Shown: positions 53,450 through 64,000 of the stretch, piece after piece
Numbering within the stretch: position 1 is the stretch's first letter
Layout: each line of letters starts with the position of its first letter
From: Tubiluchus corallicola
Taxonomy: Eukaryota > Animalia > Priapulida
Direction: 5' to 3'
Length of the DNA stretch: 64,000 bases
Assembly: GCA_030141605.1 (NCBI GenBank)
Contig: JAQGDQ010000527.1
Span: forward strand, 1 to 64,000
The notes under the pieces: generated by a model
Told to the model about the DNA's origin: nothing
Seen by the model: only the letters and a program-made list of their open reading frames with translations
The model's database searches: none
Program-made: the position numbers and the translations under genes

Positions 53450-53710
53450 GTATGAGAAACCGTAGTCTCTGCCAATGTTGGCAGGTATGAGGAACCATAA
53501 TATCTGCCAGTCTTGGCAGGTGCGAGAAACCGTAGTCTCTGCCAATGTTGGCAGGTATGAGGAACCATAATATCTGCCAGTCTTGGCAGGTATGAGAAAC
53601 CGTAGTCTCTGCCAATGTTGGCAGGTATGAGGAACCATAATATCTACCAGTCTTGGCAGGTGCGAGAAACCGTAGTTTCTGCCAATGTTGGCAGGTATGA
53701 GGAACCATAG
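53450..53710. repeat. 70-bp (2x35) minisatellite with hairpin cores
   Basis: Alternating ...ctgccaatgttggcag... and ...ctgccagtcttggcag... subunits, about 3.7 copies. Confidence 0.92.
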
Positions 53711-54107
53711 TGATGACATCACAACTGAACATAATTTGCAAGAATGTGGCATATACAAAAACTCAGTTAATGTAAAATCTAAAGTTCAAATTTCGAGTTT
53801 ACCGCTATGCTGATGCATGAACTGTCTAACATGAGCACTACATCACAACTGAGCACCTTTGCGCTGAAAAGTACTGCACCTATTTTATGTGGTACACATT
53901 TCTGAGGCACAGGCGCTAGTACTCTCTAACTAGCGAATGGCGAAATGCATGTATGAACAAATAACCAGCTGCGCGAACCCAAAATTATGTTTCTGTGATA
54001 ATAATGATTTCCGACAAGTCAGTATTTAAAAAACAATATGTTCCCTTTCAATATTTTGTAGGCTTAATTGTTTTCAGCTATAGTTTAAGATTAAGTCCAG
54101 TTTTCCT
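53710..54107 (+). mobile_element. Right arm of the Kolobok-like element
   Basis: gatgacatcacaactgaacataat...ctaactagcgaatggcgaaatgcatgta...gtccagttttcct|TTAA. Confidence 0.78.
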
Positions 54108-55239
54108 TTAATGACTTATAATCTTATTGTATTTCTTAAAGAATTTCAATCCCCGGATTGGGAGAGAAGAAAATTCTTGAGGTCTCAATCTAAGAATCTT
54201 TATTTGCCAGTAAATTTCTGTGAAAATAAATGTGCCTTTATGATCATGCGAATTTTTAAAAAATTGTTAAATTGCTTCCAGAAAATTTGCACAGGATTTT
54301 TTGTCAGCTTGATCATCGGTAAAAGTATGGTGTTGTGTTCTACAGGAAACAAAATGACGGCGGTTCCGGAATCTACTGAAGTATCCGGATGGAATAAATA
54401 TTATTCATCAACCTTTTGAATTTCATCCACTACGTTATTTTCACGTATAATCGAATGAAAATCAATTTATTACGTGTATATACAAGTAATGCATTAGGAA
54501 ACACGAGCCGGTTATGAAAGAATGCCGATGAGTTGGGCGCCTGTCAGCGGGCTGTTTTAGAGGCGATAAACAGTATTTTCTCTTTGCATACAAATAACTC
54601 TTCTAGTAAACAGTGTGTCGATATTGAAAGCGTGTCGGTGCAGTTAGACTTGGCGCCTCGATGCGAAGCAATGCGAGCCTGAACCCACATCTTTGCCGGA
54701 GGAGGTGTAGTAAAATAAATAAAAGAGGATTTTCTGTTTAATTTGTGATGTTCTGCGTAACGCTTGTCAGCACCAGCCAAGTTCGCCCACTTGTTCTCTT
54801 GGCATCGGCGGGAAAATTCCCAAATTTCTAGAAGAAAATTCTAGCCCTCACAGAGCTCATGCACACGACTGTGTGTTGATATTACTGTCTATAAGTTTTA
54901 TAAGTTTATTTATTTCCACTCTGCATCTAACAATTATAATAAACATACAGATAATTTCACTGAAGTAAATATAAATATAGATGCAGTATTATCCAGAAAT
55001 TACAAAATGCAGCATATACATGTGCAAATTACATTACAGAATAATTTTGATGCATACAGATTGAGCCTAAAAGCATAGCTTGACAGGCCAAACTGTACGT
55101 GGAAATCTTAAAGAAGTGATTAATAATTAAAATAATGATAATATATACATAAAAGATTAAAGTGGGGGGGAGGAGTAGTGAATGAAAGATGAAATGGAGC
55201 AAGAACTAAGAAAAACTTAGATCATGATTATAAAGTGTT

Positions 55240-55500
55240 CAGTAACCTGTTGAGCATAGTCATGTTTTATTAAGATTACTGTGGAAAAAGAATGCAGGTG
55301 ATTACCATTATCAAATTGTGTTACTCTTAATACTTTTGAAATATTTTTTCTGTCGGTTTTTTTAAAAGTTGAAAGGGAGTGACGACATTTTGAATTGCGG
55401 CTTAGTCCATAGGACTGGTCCCATATAGCTAATGAAATGTTTCGCCATATTTGTTCTACAACGTCTTGGTATATATTCATTTAGAACTATCCATATTTAC
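55240..55500 (-). mobile_element. Degenerate CR1/L2-like 3' fragment
   Basis: Minus-strand remnants ...HSLSTFKK followed by an AT-rich UTR. Confidence 0.35.
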
Positions 55501-55765
55501 AAGCATTTCTACATTTCTAAAAGACAATAAATTGATAAGTAAGATGATACTTCTTTTACAATGAATAAATTTTTCTTTTCGTCTGAATGTGGAGGAATGT
55601 ATCACAAACTTACAATATCTGGTGGTGAGATGCGTGGGTGGCCATAACAAAAAATACAATTTAACGCATTTAAATAACGACTAGAACACATTTCAAAATT
55701 TACAATAGGTGCTCATGACATAATAATTGAATTTAAGCCAGACTATAAGCAATTGCTGTTGACAC

Positions 55766-56256
55766 TGTTGGCATCCTTCTGTCTCAGAAGGCAATGGAAT
55801 GTGCGCCAAGAGAGTCCGATCCTTGAACGTCTCCAGAGCGCACGCCTGGGCAAGGTCCTGAGGAGATCCTGAGTTGCCCAGACAGCAGGAACCTCTTTTC
55901 CTCCCTGGTGTAGTCCAAAGGAAAGCGGGGCGATACGTTTGGCGCCAGGTTGGCTACAGGAGCTGCTGGAGTCAGTGAGCATGCTGCACTGGTCCGCCTT
56001 CGGGGCTCCACTCCTGATTTGGAAGGTTTACTCCTCTACACATGGCCGTTGAGTCACTTGACCTCCTCCGCCCTCTAGCCGTTGTCTGCTTGTGCAGCTC
56101 CTCCGTCTAGTGTCGAGATACAGTGTGGGCATCCCGCAAGCTTACAGTACCTGGTATTCCTAGGCGGTCACCCATCCAAGCACTAACCAGGCTCTATGTT
56201 GCTTAACTTCGGTGATCAGATGAGAACCGGTGTTTTCAACGTGATTTGGCCATAGT
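55766..56256 (-). mobile_element. 5S rRNA-headed SINE with RTE-derived tail, internal deletions
   Basis: Same head, body and tail as 37344-37869. Confidence 0.9.
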
Positions 56257-56819
56257 ACGTTAGATAATAGGCATGCTAAAGGATGAAGTGAGCAAAATGA
56301 GCATTATGAAATGAACATCGATGACCACTAAGCTCCTCTAGAGTCCCAAATTGCTTTCAGTATATTTCATACATATTGTAATTTGTGCGTATTTAAATAA
56401 AGTCTTCCGGATTGTTTTCATTGTGTTTAACACGTTGTAATTTGCAAATAATAAATTCAACGAACTTCCCAATTTTGTTAAGTCGTAATTAAATGCTGAA
56501 TGTGTTGGCAGGAATAATTTTTATTGACCTAGATAGCTTTTTGTGTAAATTTTAGAAAATGTTACGGCCTAAAATTTTACTCTCTCAAATTTTTACTGTC
56601 TTCATGTAGTTATAAATTTTTCTTGTACCAATACCTCTGGTGGCATCCAAAAGATTTTAAGAAGTACATATTATCACCATGTTATCGCTCATATACATGA
56701 TGTTTGATATCGGTTTACAAGCTTTAAGCTCACGTTTTACAAATATGTACTGTTTTATATCATACGGATGAAAATAAATATTATCTTATCTTATCATCAG
56801 TAATGTTTACGTATTTCAG

Positions 56820-56902
56820 AGCCTCAGTCGGGGTTCCGGATTGCCTTTAACATGTTTGATACAGATGGTAATCAGCGAGTTGACAAGAACGAATTTTTGG
56901 TG
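56820..56902 (+). CDS. MICU3: MICU2/3 exon 5, first canonical EF-hand
   Basis: tatttcAG / GTAAGC; (K)PQSGFRIAFNMFDTDGNQRVDKNEFLV with DxDGNxxVDxxEF loop; phase 1/0. The gene continues beyond the window. Confidence 0.95.
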
Positions 56903-57470
56903 GTAAGCATTGCTGTGAACCTTTTCTGTGAATTCATATTATACGAGTATTGTCATTGTGTCATTTACTACATGTATGTTCTCTCATACTTCTGTTTTAA
57001 TTGTTAACTCTATAAATATTTCTACTCAGAATACGAACATTGTGGCTCTGGTCAAAATACAGAATTTGCGAACAATTTCTTTAACATATGTAATTTTACA
57101 TACGTATTTTTGCTAACTTATTTTAAACTATCTATTAAGTAAATTCTGTGAGCACTACCTTTTTTGGGAGGGGGTGGAGTGTATGCAGATGATGCGGGTT
57201 TTCTCAGTAGGCATTCGTAATGAAAATCATTTATCCACAATGAAGATGAGATTTTTTTCTCTTATGGATGTTCAGTTGTTTTAGTAATAGCATGTCTACT
57301 CTTTTGTACAAGTTACTCGTAATAGAATTTTTTACCAGATTTTTATTTGCCTGCATGGGATGCTGTTTCTCTATTGTTAAAAACAGAATTGAATTGAACG
57401 CAACTGAAATCTTCATATCATTAATTAACGTGTTAGAATTGCATTTTCTATTTCTCGTTTAAGCCTAGTA

Positions 57471-58830
57471 CAGTAAGTCCTCGCTTAACGGCGCTGATGC
57501 GTTCCAGCGAAACGCGACGTTAAGCACAACGTCGTTAAGCGAAGCCAAGACATCTGTAGAAAGTGATGTAAAAGAGCTGAGATACATTCCAGAGGCAAAA
57601 ATCAATGCTGTTTAAATCATTTAAATTAAAGGTTTTATGAGTTTTACTCATATTTCTAGTGATTAACTCTGTGCTACCTTCTTATAAAAAAATCTCCAAC
57701 AACATAATTGTGTAGCTTGTATCGTTTAATCTGAAAACAAATAAGATAATTTTATATAATTTTGCTCAATTTTACATCGAAATCTAAACCAAACTGATCT
57801 AATTAAGTTTAACAAAGTTTTATGCAAATTATGAAATCTAATCTCTAGTCTAATTAATCTAATCTTTTTAATAAACAAAGGTTCAAGGTTTAAGAAATTA
57901 ATAAGTCAACTTACATGGTGATCTTCTATAAGTGTAATTATGAAATTATAACAACGAATCAATGAATGACGCTAAACAATCTGTCACTGCAGTGTGTGAA
58001 TGCCTGAGTGACTCCAATCTACAGGTAAGTGTACAGGTAAAAGACTGGTCACATGACCTGTTTAAAAGGAAACCAATTTATAACAGAAAAGAGGGGGCAA
58101 TACAAGTTTAAATCAGCACAAACTTGTTTCTGCTTGCTTGAAAGCACCTATATCTCTTACCTTGCTAGCTAGCCGTTTCTCTTTCATTATCATTTAACAA
58201 TGGACAGCGAGTAAACAATTCCTTGCATAAAGCTTGTTCTCAGATTTGCCTTGATACAAATGTCAAAGGGCTACATTTAGTGGTCAGTCGGGAGCCAAAA
58301 CTGTATACATGTATAATAATTGCACTGTTTACGTTACTAGTGCATTTTTAGCACAAAATAATGCAATATGTACTGTTTAATGCATCAAATTAGGTAAAAA
58401 AGTTGTTGATAAAATAAAAATTGGCTTAGAGCAAAGTAAAAATATTATCATTAAAACCAGACGGTTTAGTCTAGTGGTAATGCGTCTGCTTTTCGTCTGG
58501 GAGGTCGTGAGTTCGAACCAGCGGCCGGGTCATACAAAAGGCTTTAAAAATAGTACCTGCTGTTGCCCTGCCTGGCGCGTGGTATTTAGGGTAAAAGTGG
58601 GGTAATAATAGTCTCTGTTATGTAGTTGTAGGTTGTTATTTACAGTCAGCGATAATAGCTCTTTGAGATAATGTTAATTGTTGACCCAAAAGCCGACTTT
58701 AAATATAGATTATTATTATTATTATTATAAAACGAAACAGTACGTCGTTACGTGAAAAAAGGTGTCAAATGTTTAGAGTCGTTAAAACGAAACATCGCTA
58801 AACGGGGAGTCGTTAAGCGAGGACTTACTG
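57471..58830. mobile_element. Tigger/pogo-like non-autonomous element
   Basis: TA|cagtaagtcctcgcttaacg...cgttaagcgaggacttactg|TA; perfect 20-bp TIR. Confidence 0.9.
58457..58728 (+). mobile_element. tRNA-derived SINE (MetaSINE-like) nested in the Tigger-like element
   Basis: A box tagtctagtggtaa, B box gagttcgaacc, then ccgggtcatacaaaaggctttaaaaatagtacctgctg...cctgcctggcgc (resembles the Meta domain as recalled), and a (TTA)n tail. Confidence 0.75.
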
Positions 58831-59239
58831 TACTGCGTAACATTAGCACGGTTTTTGTACATGTGAATGTGTCACGTTTGTGGAACGCTCTTTTTTTCGT
58901 CAAACATTTCTAGGTTGTTAACTTGATGGTAAAAAAACTGTCAGAGTGGAAATCAGTGAGTTTTTTTCTCTCGCATTTTATATACGTGTCTTAGATACCT
59001 GTCTTACATCAGCTGTCTGTCTTAGAGCATTGCTATAGACGTCCTTGTAACAATTTGAAGCTTTACTTTTGTTTAATCAAAGTCTTCCGTCGTTTTTTAC
59101 ACAAAATGGGATTTCGCTTGTCCGTCAACATAAACAGAAGTAATCGAATTATTGCTGATGTCGTTAATGCATACGTGTACAGTTTTGTAAACTTGGTCTT
59201 TTAAAATTGCTCATTTATTTGTAACATTTTGGTTGTATA

Positions 59240-60197
59240 AGTTTTACACGTCAAATGTGGACACAGGAAAGTTCAAATGTGACTTAGGTAAGTCAAATGT
59301 AGACATAGGAATTTCGAATGTGTTTTGGTAACTCAAATGTGACTTAGGTAAGTCAAATGTAGATGCGGTACTTTGAATAAATCAGTAATTAACTCATTTA
59401 AGTGCAAATTACAAAAAGATAAAACAAGATTAAAATTATATTTTACGGTCATCGTGCTATCGGCAGCATCAATTTTTATTATATTTAATTAATTTGCAAC
59501 TATTTGTATGGACTATTTGTATACACCAATTCTACATTTTATTTGTCAACGTTTTACAAAAAATGTCGGCAGAAAAGAATAAATCGGTTCCCACTTCCCA
59601 ATGAACAGTGAATCACTAATTAGTTTTTTAAGTAATGCATTAGCACTGTATTAATGAATTAGTTTCTCTCAAGAAACATTGTTTATTTTAAGAATGTATT
59701 GTTTTCTCTAACAGCTCCAATGGTATGTAAAGTTTGCAGAATATTAGTGAACCTATAACGTTGTTATTTTAACTTAGGAGCAGTTATTAAATTGAAATTA
59801 AAGAAGATTAAATTTAACATCCTTAAACTTTACTTCCTATCTACATTTGAGATACCAATGTCACATTTGACTTGACATGTGTCTACATTTGACTTGCCAA
59901 AAACGCTTAAGATTTCTTGAAAACCATTGTTAACACATTTGAACTACCTAAGTGTACATTTGAGTTACCAAGACACATTTGAATTACTTAAGTCTACATT
60001 TGAGTTACCGAGACACATTTGAATTACCTAAATCTACATTTGAGTTACCAAGACACATTTGAATTACTTAAGTCTACATTTGAGTTACCGAGACACATTT
60101 GAATTACCTAAATCTACATTTGAGTTACCGAGACACATTTGAATTACCTAAATCTACATTTGAGTTAACGCAGGTCTGACGTTTGACATGTAAAACC
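59240..60197. mobile_element. TATA-flanked MITE, family B copy 3 (inverted, longer, expanded ~41-bp subrepeats)
   Basis: Same TIRs; the subterminal array at 59935-60170 is amplified. Confidence 0.85.
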
Positions 60198-60778
60198 TAT
60201 ACTTATAAGAGGATGTGAAACTTTGTGTGTTTCTGTCAAATTTAATGTCAGAGTTTTTGCATTATCTTTTCATTCAAGTTCATGTTTTACAGTTGCCATC
60301 TCAACTTTTAAAATCTCTTAAATGTGTGGGCAAAGAAACAGAGAATAAAATTTCCAATTTGTGTAAAAAACAATTTGTCATCTAAGTGTGTTAGCACTAA
60401 TTTTCCAGTTCTCTTCCAGTGCGAATAAAAAGCTGGGCAATATGGCGATGTTTTTTCTTTTCGGCTTTTAACTTTGGCTTAAGTCAATGCTTTTTGCTAA
60501 GTTTCTGGAAAGGGAAGGATAGCATTTGTTCTGAGAGCCTGCAATTCTGTAATTTCAACAAGCGCAGGATTCATTTTTCGCTAGTCTGAAATCTAAAATA
60601 AACCGTTTTTATTTTGAGCATGATGCGGATGCGAAGTCTCAGAACAATTGCGTCAGGTGTCGGGTTGCTAAAACACATGGCACATTAATCATTTTTCCCC
60701 TGGTGTCAATGCAGTGAACTTACCATTGCATATATTCTGTGGATCGCTTCACGTTAAATTAACAACTTTTTTATTGTA

Positions 60779-61109
60779 CAGTCGACCCTCGTTAAATCGG
60801 ACCCTGTTAGCCCGGATATCGGATAAGACAGACGTCATCCGTGGTAAAGGAAACTGACCGATTTCCGTCCGAGCCCGAGTGCTAAACACAACATGGCCTA
60901 CCACTGTACAATAATTTCTTTATCCTCACAGGTTAACTATTTTAAAGTAATATACAGCATAGTATATAGTGCAATGTATATAGGCCTTATTAAGGTGATT
61001 ATTCCTGTATAATATAGACCATATATAGGCATATCGGGTAAATCGGACAATCGGCTAAACCGGACCACCCACCCACCCCCAATTAGTCCGGTTTAACGAG
61101 GGTTGACTG
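60779..61109. mobile_element. Tigger/pogo-like MITE
   Basis: TA|cagtcgaccctcgttaaatcggac...gtccggtttaacgagggttgactg|TA. Confidence 0.88.
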
Positions 61110-61326
61110 TATTTCTATTTAAATCCCGCAGCCAACGTTAGAATTAATTGAACACTATCTATTACCAAATTCTTAATATCTATATTCTGATTTTGCACAT
61201 TGTAAAGAGTTTTGTGACTAAAATGCATCATATTTTAACATACTGTATCTTTCAACATTTAATAATTATGATTCTTAACTGTTTGGATATTTATATTGGT
61301 CCAACATTTTTAATATTACCTTAACA

Positions 61327-61565
61327 CAGGGGTGTGCAAATTATCTGACTAGCCGGGCCACATTAAACTTTCCCGCAATTCCTGCTGGCCACAGGCAGTT
61401 TGATCAAGGAGCCAAGTACAGAAAGGCCTGATAACGATTTTTTGCGTCCGACCTGCGTACATCATTACTACTACACTCAAGAAACTATTTTAGAAGTTAT
61501 TAAAATTTATATTACAAACCATATATTTCTACTTTCAGGACAGATAGTGGTAATTTCATTACAAT
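61327..61565 (-). mobile_element. hAT-type MITE, family A copy 3, interrupted by a LINE
   Basis: Reverse complement of 48475-48712; stops abruptly at the LINE tail. Confidence 0.88.
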
Positions 61566-64000
61566 TAGATTAGATTAGGGGGCAGTGGTGTCGGCGAGAT
61601 TGTATAGGATGGAAAAATCCCACCCCCCGACACATTGCTGAGGCCTTCGACAGGCCCATTGCAATTATTCACTGCTATACGTCTATTGGTCGTACTCGGC
61701 AAGCCTTCCAGCTTGCTTCAGATACGCTGCTAGTTTTTTCAGGTTTAAGTTCTCTACAACTGCTCTAAGTGTTGTATTTTTATTTCCCAGACATTTGATA
61801 CGAGCACCCTGGTAGGCGGTGCATCGTCCCACGTGATGGTCCGGTGTTTCGTCTTCCTGACCACATTTCGGGCAAATCGCGGATTGTGCTCGACAAGTGG
61901 TTTTTTTATGTTTTTGGAGATTACAGTGTCCGGTTAGGACCTGTATAACCATGTTGAGTTGAGTTCTACTGAGACTCAGGAGCCTATTGCAGACTCGGGC
62001 CGAGGCCCAGCCCACATGTTCCTTTGTTCTCTTGCAGTCCTCACGATTATTCCACGACGTTTCCCATCATTTTAGACTCCATCCCTTAATCGCGTAGACA
62101 CAGCTAGCGTAAGGGACGGGCAGATAGGGTTCTGGCCCCTCCGGAGAGAGCTCAGATCCCTTTTTAGCAAGCTTGTCCGCCTCTTCGTTACCATGTACTC
62201 CTTCGTGTCCAGGAATCCATGTAACCAAGACTCGGTTTCTTTTTCCAAGTATGTTCAAGTTTTCAACACAACGTAAAACCGAGATAGATTTTACTGTATT
62301 GTTTTCAGTAGCTTTAATAGCCGCCTGGCTGTCTGACAGGATGACTATTGATTGATTCTGGAGTCCTTCCGAAGACATTATCTCCGCCGCTTGTGAGATG
62401 GCGAAAACTTCTGCCTGGAAAACAGTACTCAATTTCCCAAGATAGAAGAACTCCTCCAATACTCTGGACTCAGTCGGATACTCGATACGTATACCTGCAC
62501 CGATCCTTCCGCCCAGTTTGGAACCATCGGTATAACACCTGACACAGTTCCTATCCATTTCGCCTTCCGATTTGATAGCGATTTCTCTTTCCTGAATCTG
62601 GCATTCGAAATTTCTTTCGAACACGCGTGTTCTTTTTCTTAAATCACCCGGCATATGCAACAGTTGGAGGTCGCGCCTATAGCTAGTGCACACATCGATA
62701 TGACTTTTAGACTTACCAAAAGTTCCCACGGTCTTCGCTGTCCAGAGCCCCGCCGTATCTATACGGTATGACCCTCGGACCGCCTCCGACCGAATGAACT
62801 CGTCTATTGGTGTGATATTCAACAACATCTCCAATGCACCGGTAGGAGTACTTGGGAACGCTGAAGAAATCATTAAGCATGCTAATCTCTGTACTTTCTG
62901 GAGCATTTTCCTGAGGTACATTTTTTCCAACCCGCTGACCCAGGACACACACGCATACGTCATGAAAGGACGCACCATTGCCGTGTATATCCATTTCATG
63001 ATCCGCGGTTGGATACCCCACGTTTTACCAACAATTTGTCTGCATTGCATAAGTGCCGCCGTCGCCTTGTTGGTGACCCGTGTTATATGGCTCTTTCAAG
63101 TCAGTTTACTGTCTAGGGTTACCCCTAGCAGTTTCGCTTCATTGGAGAGTTGGAGCTTCTGTCCATTCATCCAGAGATCCCCAATATTTGGATTTCTCTT
63201 GTTTGTGAACATGATTACTTCGGTCTTACTACTGCTGAATTCTAGTTCAGTTTTCCTGGACCAGTCAGCAGCAATGTTAATTACATTTTGCGCCCTCCTT
63301 CTGACCGTCGATACGTTCGCACTAGCTATTAGTACTGCCAGGTCGTCGGCATAGGCTTGTGCATAAATTCCATTTTCTTCAAATTCCCTAAGCAGAGAGT
63401 TCAATACACAGTTCCATAGCAAGGGAGACAGTATTCCGCCTTGGGGGTTTCCCTTTACTACTTCCCTCTTTACCGTGGCATCACACAGCTCTACTTGGAC
63501 CGTACGGCACCTTACCATGTTCTCAATCCAGCGGATAAGAACTGGCGATACCTCAAGTTCAAGCAATGCGGCGGATATGCTATTAAAAGAAACGTTATCG
63601 AATGCCCCAACAATATCCAAAAAGACACCTAGTGAGAGCTTCTTTTTAGCAAGACTACGTTCAATACGCTGTACATACTCGTGCAGAGCAGTTTCCGTGG
63701 AAACGCCTGCGCGGAAGCCATACTGCACATTGGATAGTCTTGCTTGTAATTCAGTATCCTCGTTCAATTGATAGAGGACTATTCTCTCCAACCATTTCAG
63801 TTGAAATGACGTTAATGTTATCATCCGGAAAGACTTGACTTCTAAATAGCTATTCTTTCCGGGTTTCGGCAAAAATACTTCTTTCCCTTCCTTCCAGGAT
63901 CTCGGTACATAACCATACCTGAGACATGTCTGGAAAAGCATGAGGTAGTGTTTTTTAATGTATTTCCATCCTTTCTGCAACAGGACTGGATATATACCAT
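61566..64000 (-). mobile_element. LOA/R1-group non-LTR retrotransposon: RT + RNase H + C-terminal Cys motif, (CTAAT)n tail; runs off the window
   Basis: RT motifs FLDIVGAFDNV, GNPQGGILSPLLW, YADD; RNase H motifs YTDGSK, TVFQAEVFAI, SDSQAAI, WIPGHEGVHGNEEADKLAK; LTGHC...CPKC..EDETPDH. The three track ORFs (63096, 62067, 61683) are in one frame, split by two TGA stops. Confidence 0.93.

Noticed and set aside
53450-53710. CRISPR-like array of palindromic repeats (also 10029-10451, 19559-20526, 24868-25250)
   Set aside because: No unique spacers, no cas genes, eukaryotic intron context: ordinary tandem repeats.
54700-54830. THAP-domain remnant on the minus strand (FPAD...KW)
   Set aside because: Frameshifted and lacks the C2CH residues; too weak to call.
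58457-58530. tRNA gene (also 32317-32390)
   Set aside because: The acceptor stem does not close and the sequence continues into a SINE body and tail.
62067-63098. TGA recoding or readthrough in the LINE ORF
   Set aside because: Single TGG>TGA and CGA>TGA substitutions explain both stops, and Trp is encoded by TGG elsewhere in the ORF.

Overview
This is AT-rich, intron-rich animal genomic DNA, not prokaryotic. An invertebrate, plausibly a lophotrochozoan, is inferred from the 5S-like sequence and the repeat families. Three host genes are visible. (1) Two internal exons of ARMC9 (+, 593-748 and 1441-1536); the second is followed by a U12-type donor, GTATCCTTT. (2) A probable first coding exon of a divergent FGF gene (-, 27404-27695). 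(3) The first five coding exons of a MICU2/MICU3-type mitochondrial calcium-uptake gene (+, 35406-56902), with all intron phases consistent. The rest is mobile or repetitive DNA: four copies of a 5S-rRNA-headed SINE with an RTE-derived (CAA)n tail, tRNA-derived SINEs, hAT, Tigger/pogo-like, Kolobok-like and TATA-site MITEs, RTE and L2/CR1 fragments, a young LOA/R1-like LINE (RT + RNase H + Cys motif) at the right edge, and many micro- and minisatellites. Most long ORFs in the supplied track are repeat artefacts. The most interesting observations are the 5S-RTE composite SINE, a Kolobok-like element that rearranges repeatedly at one internal motif, a 93-bp satellite formed at an inverted SINE junction, and the minor-spliceosome intron. 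All family assignments are by eye and from memory; no searches were run.
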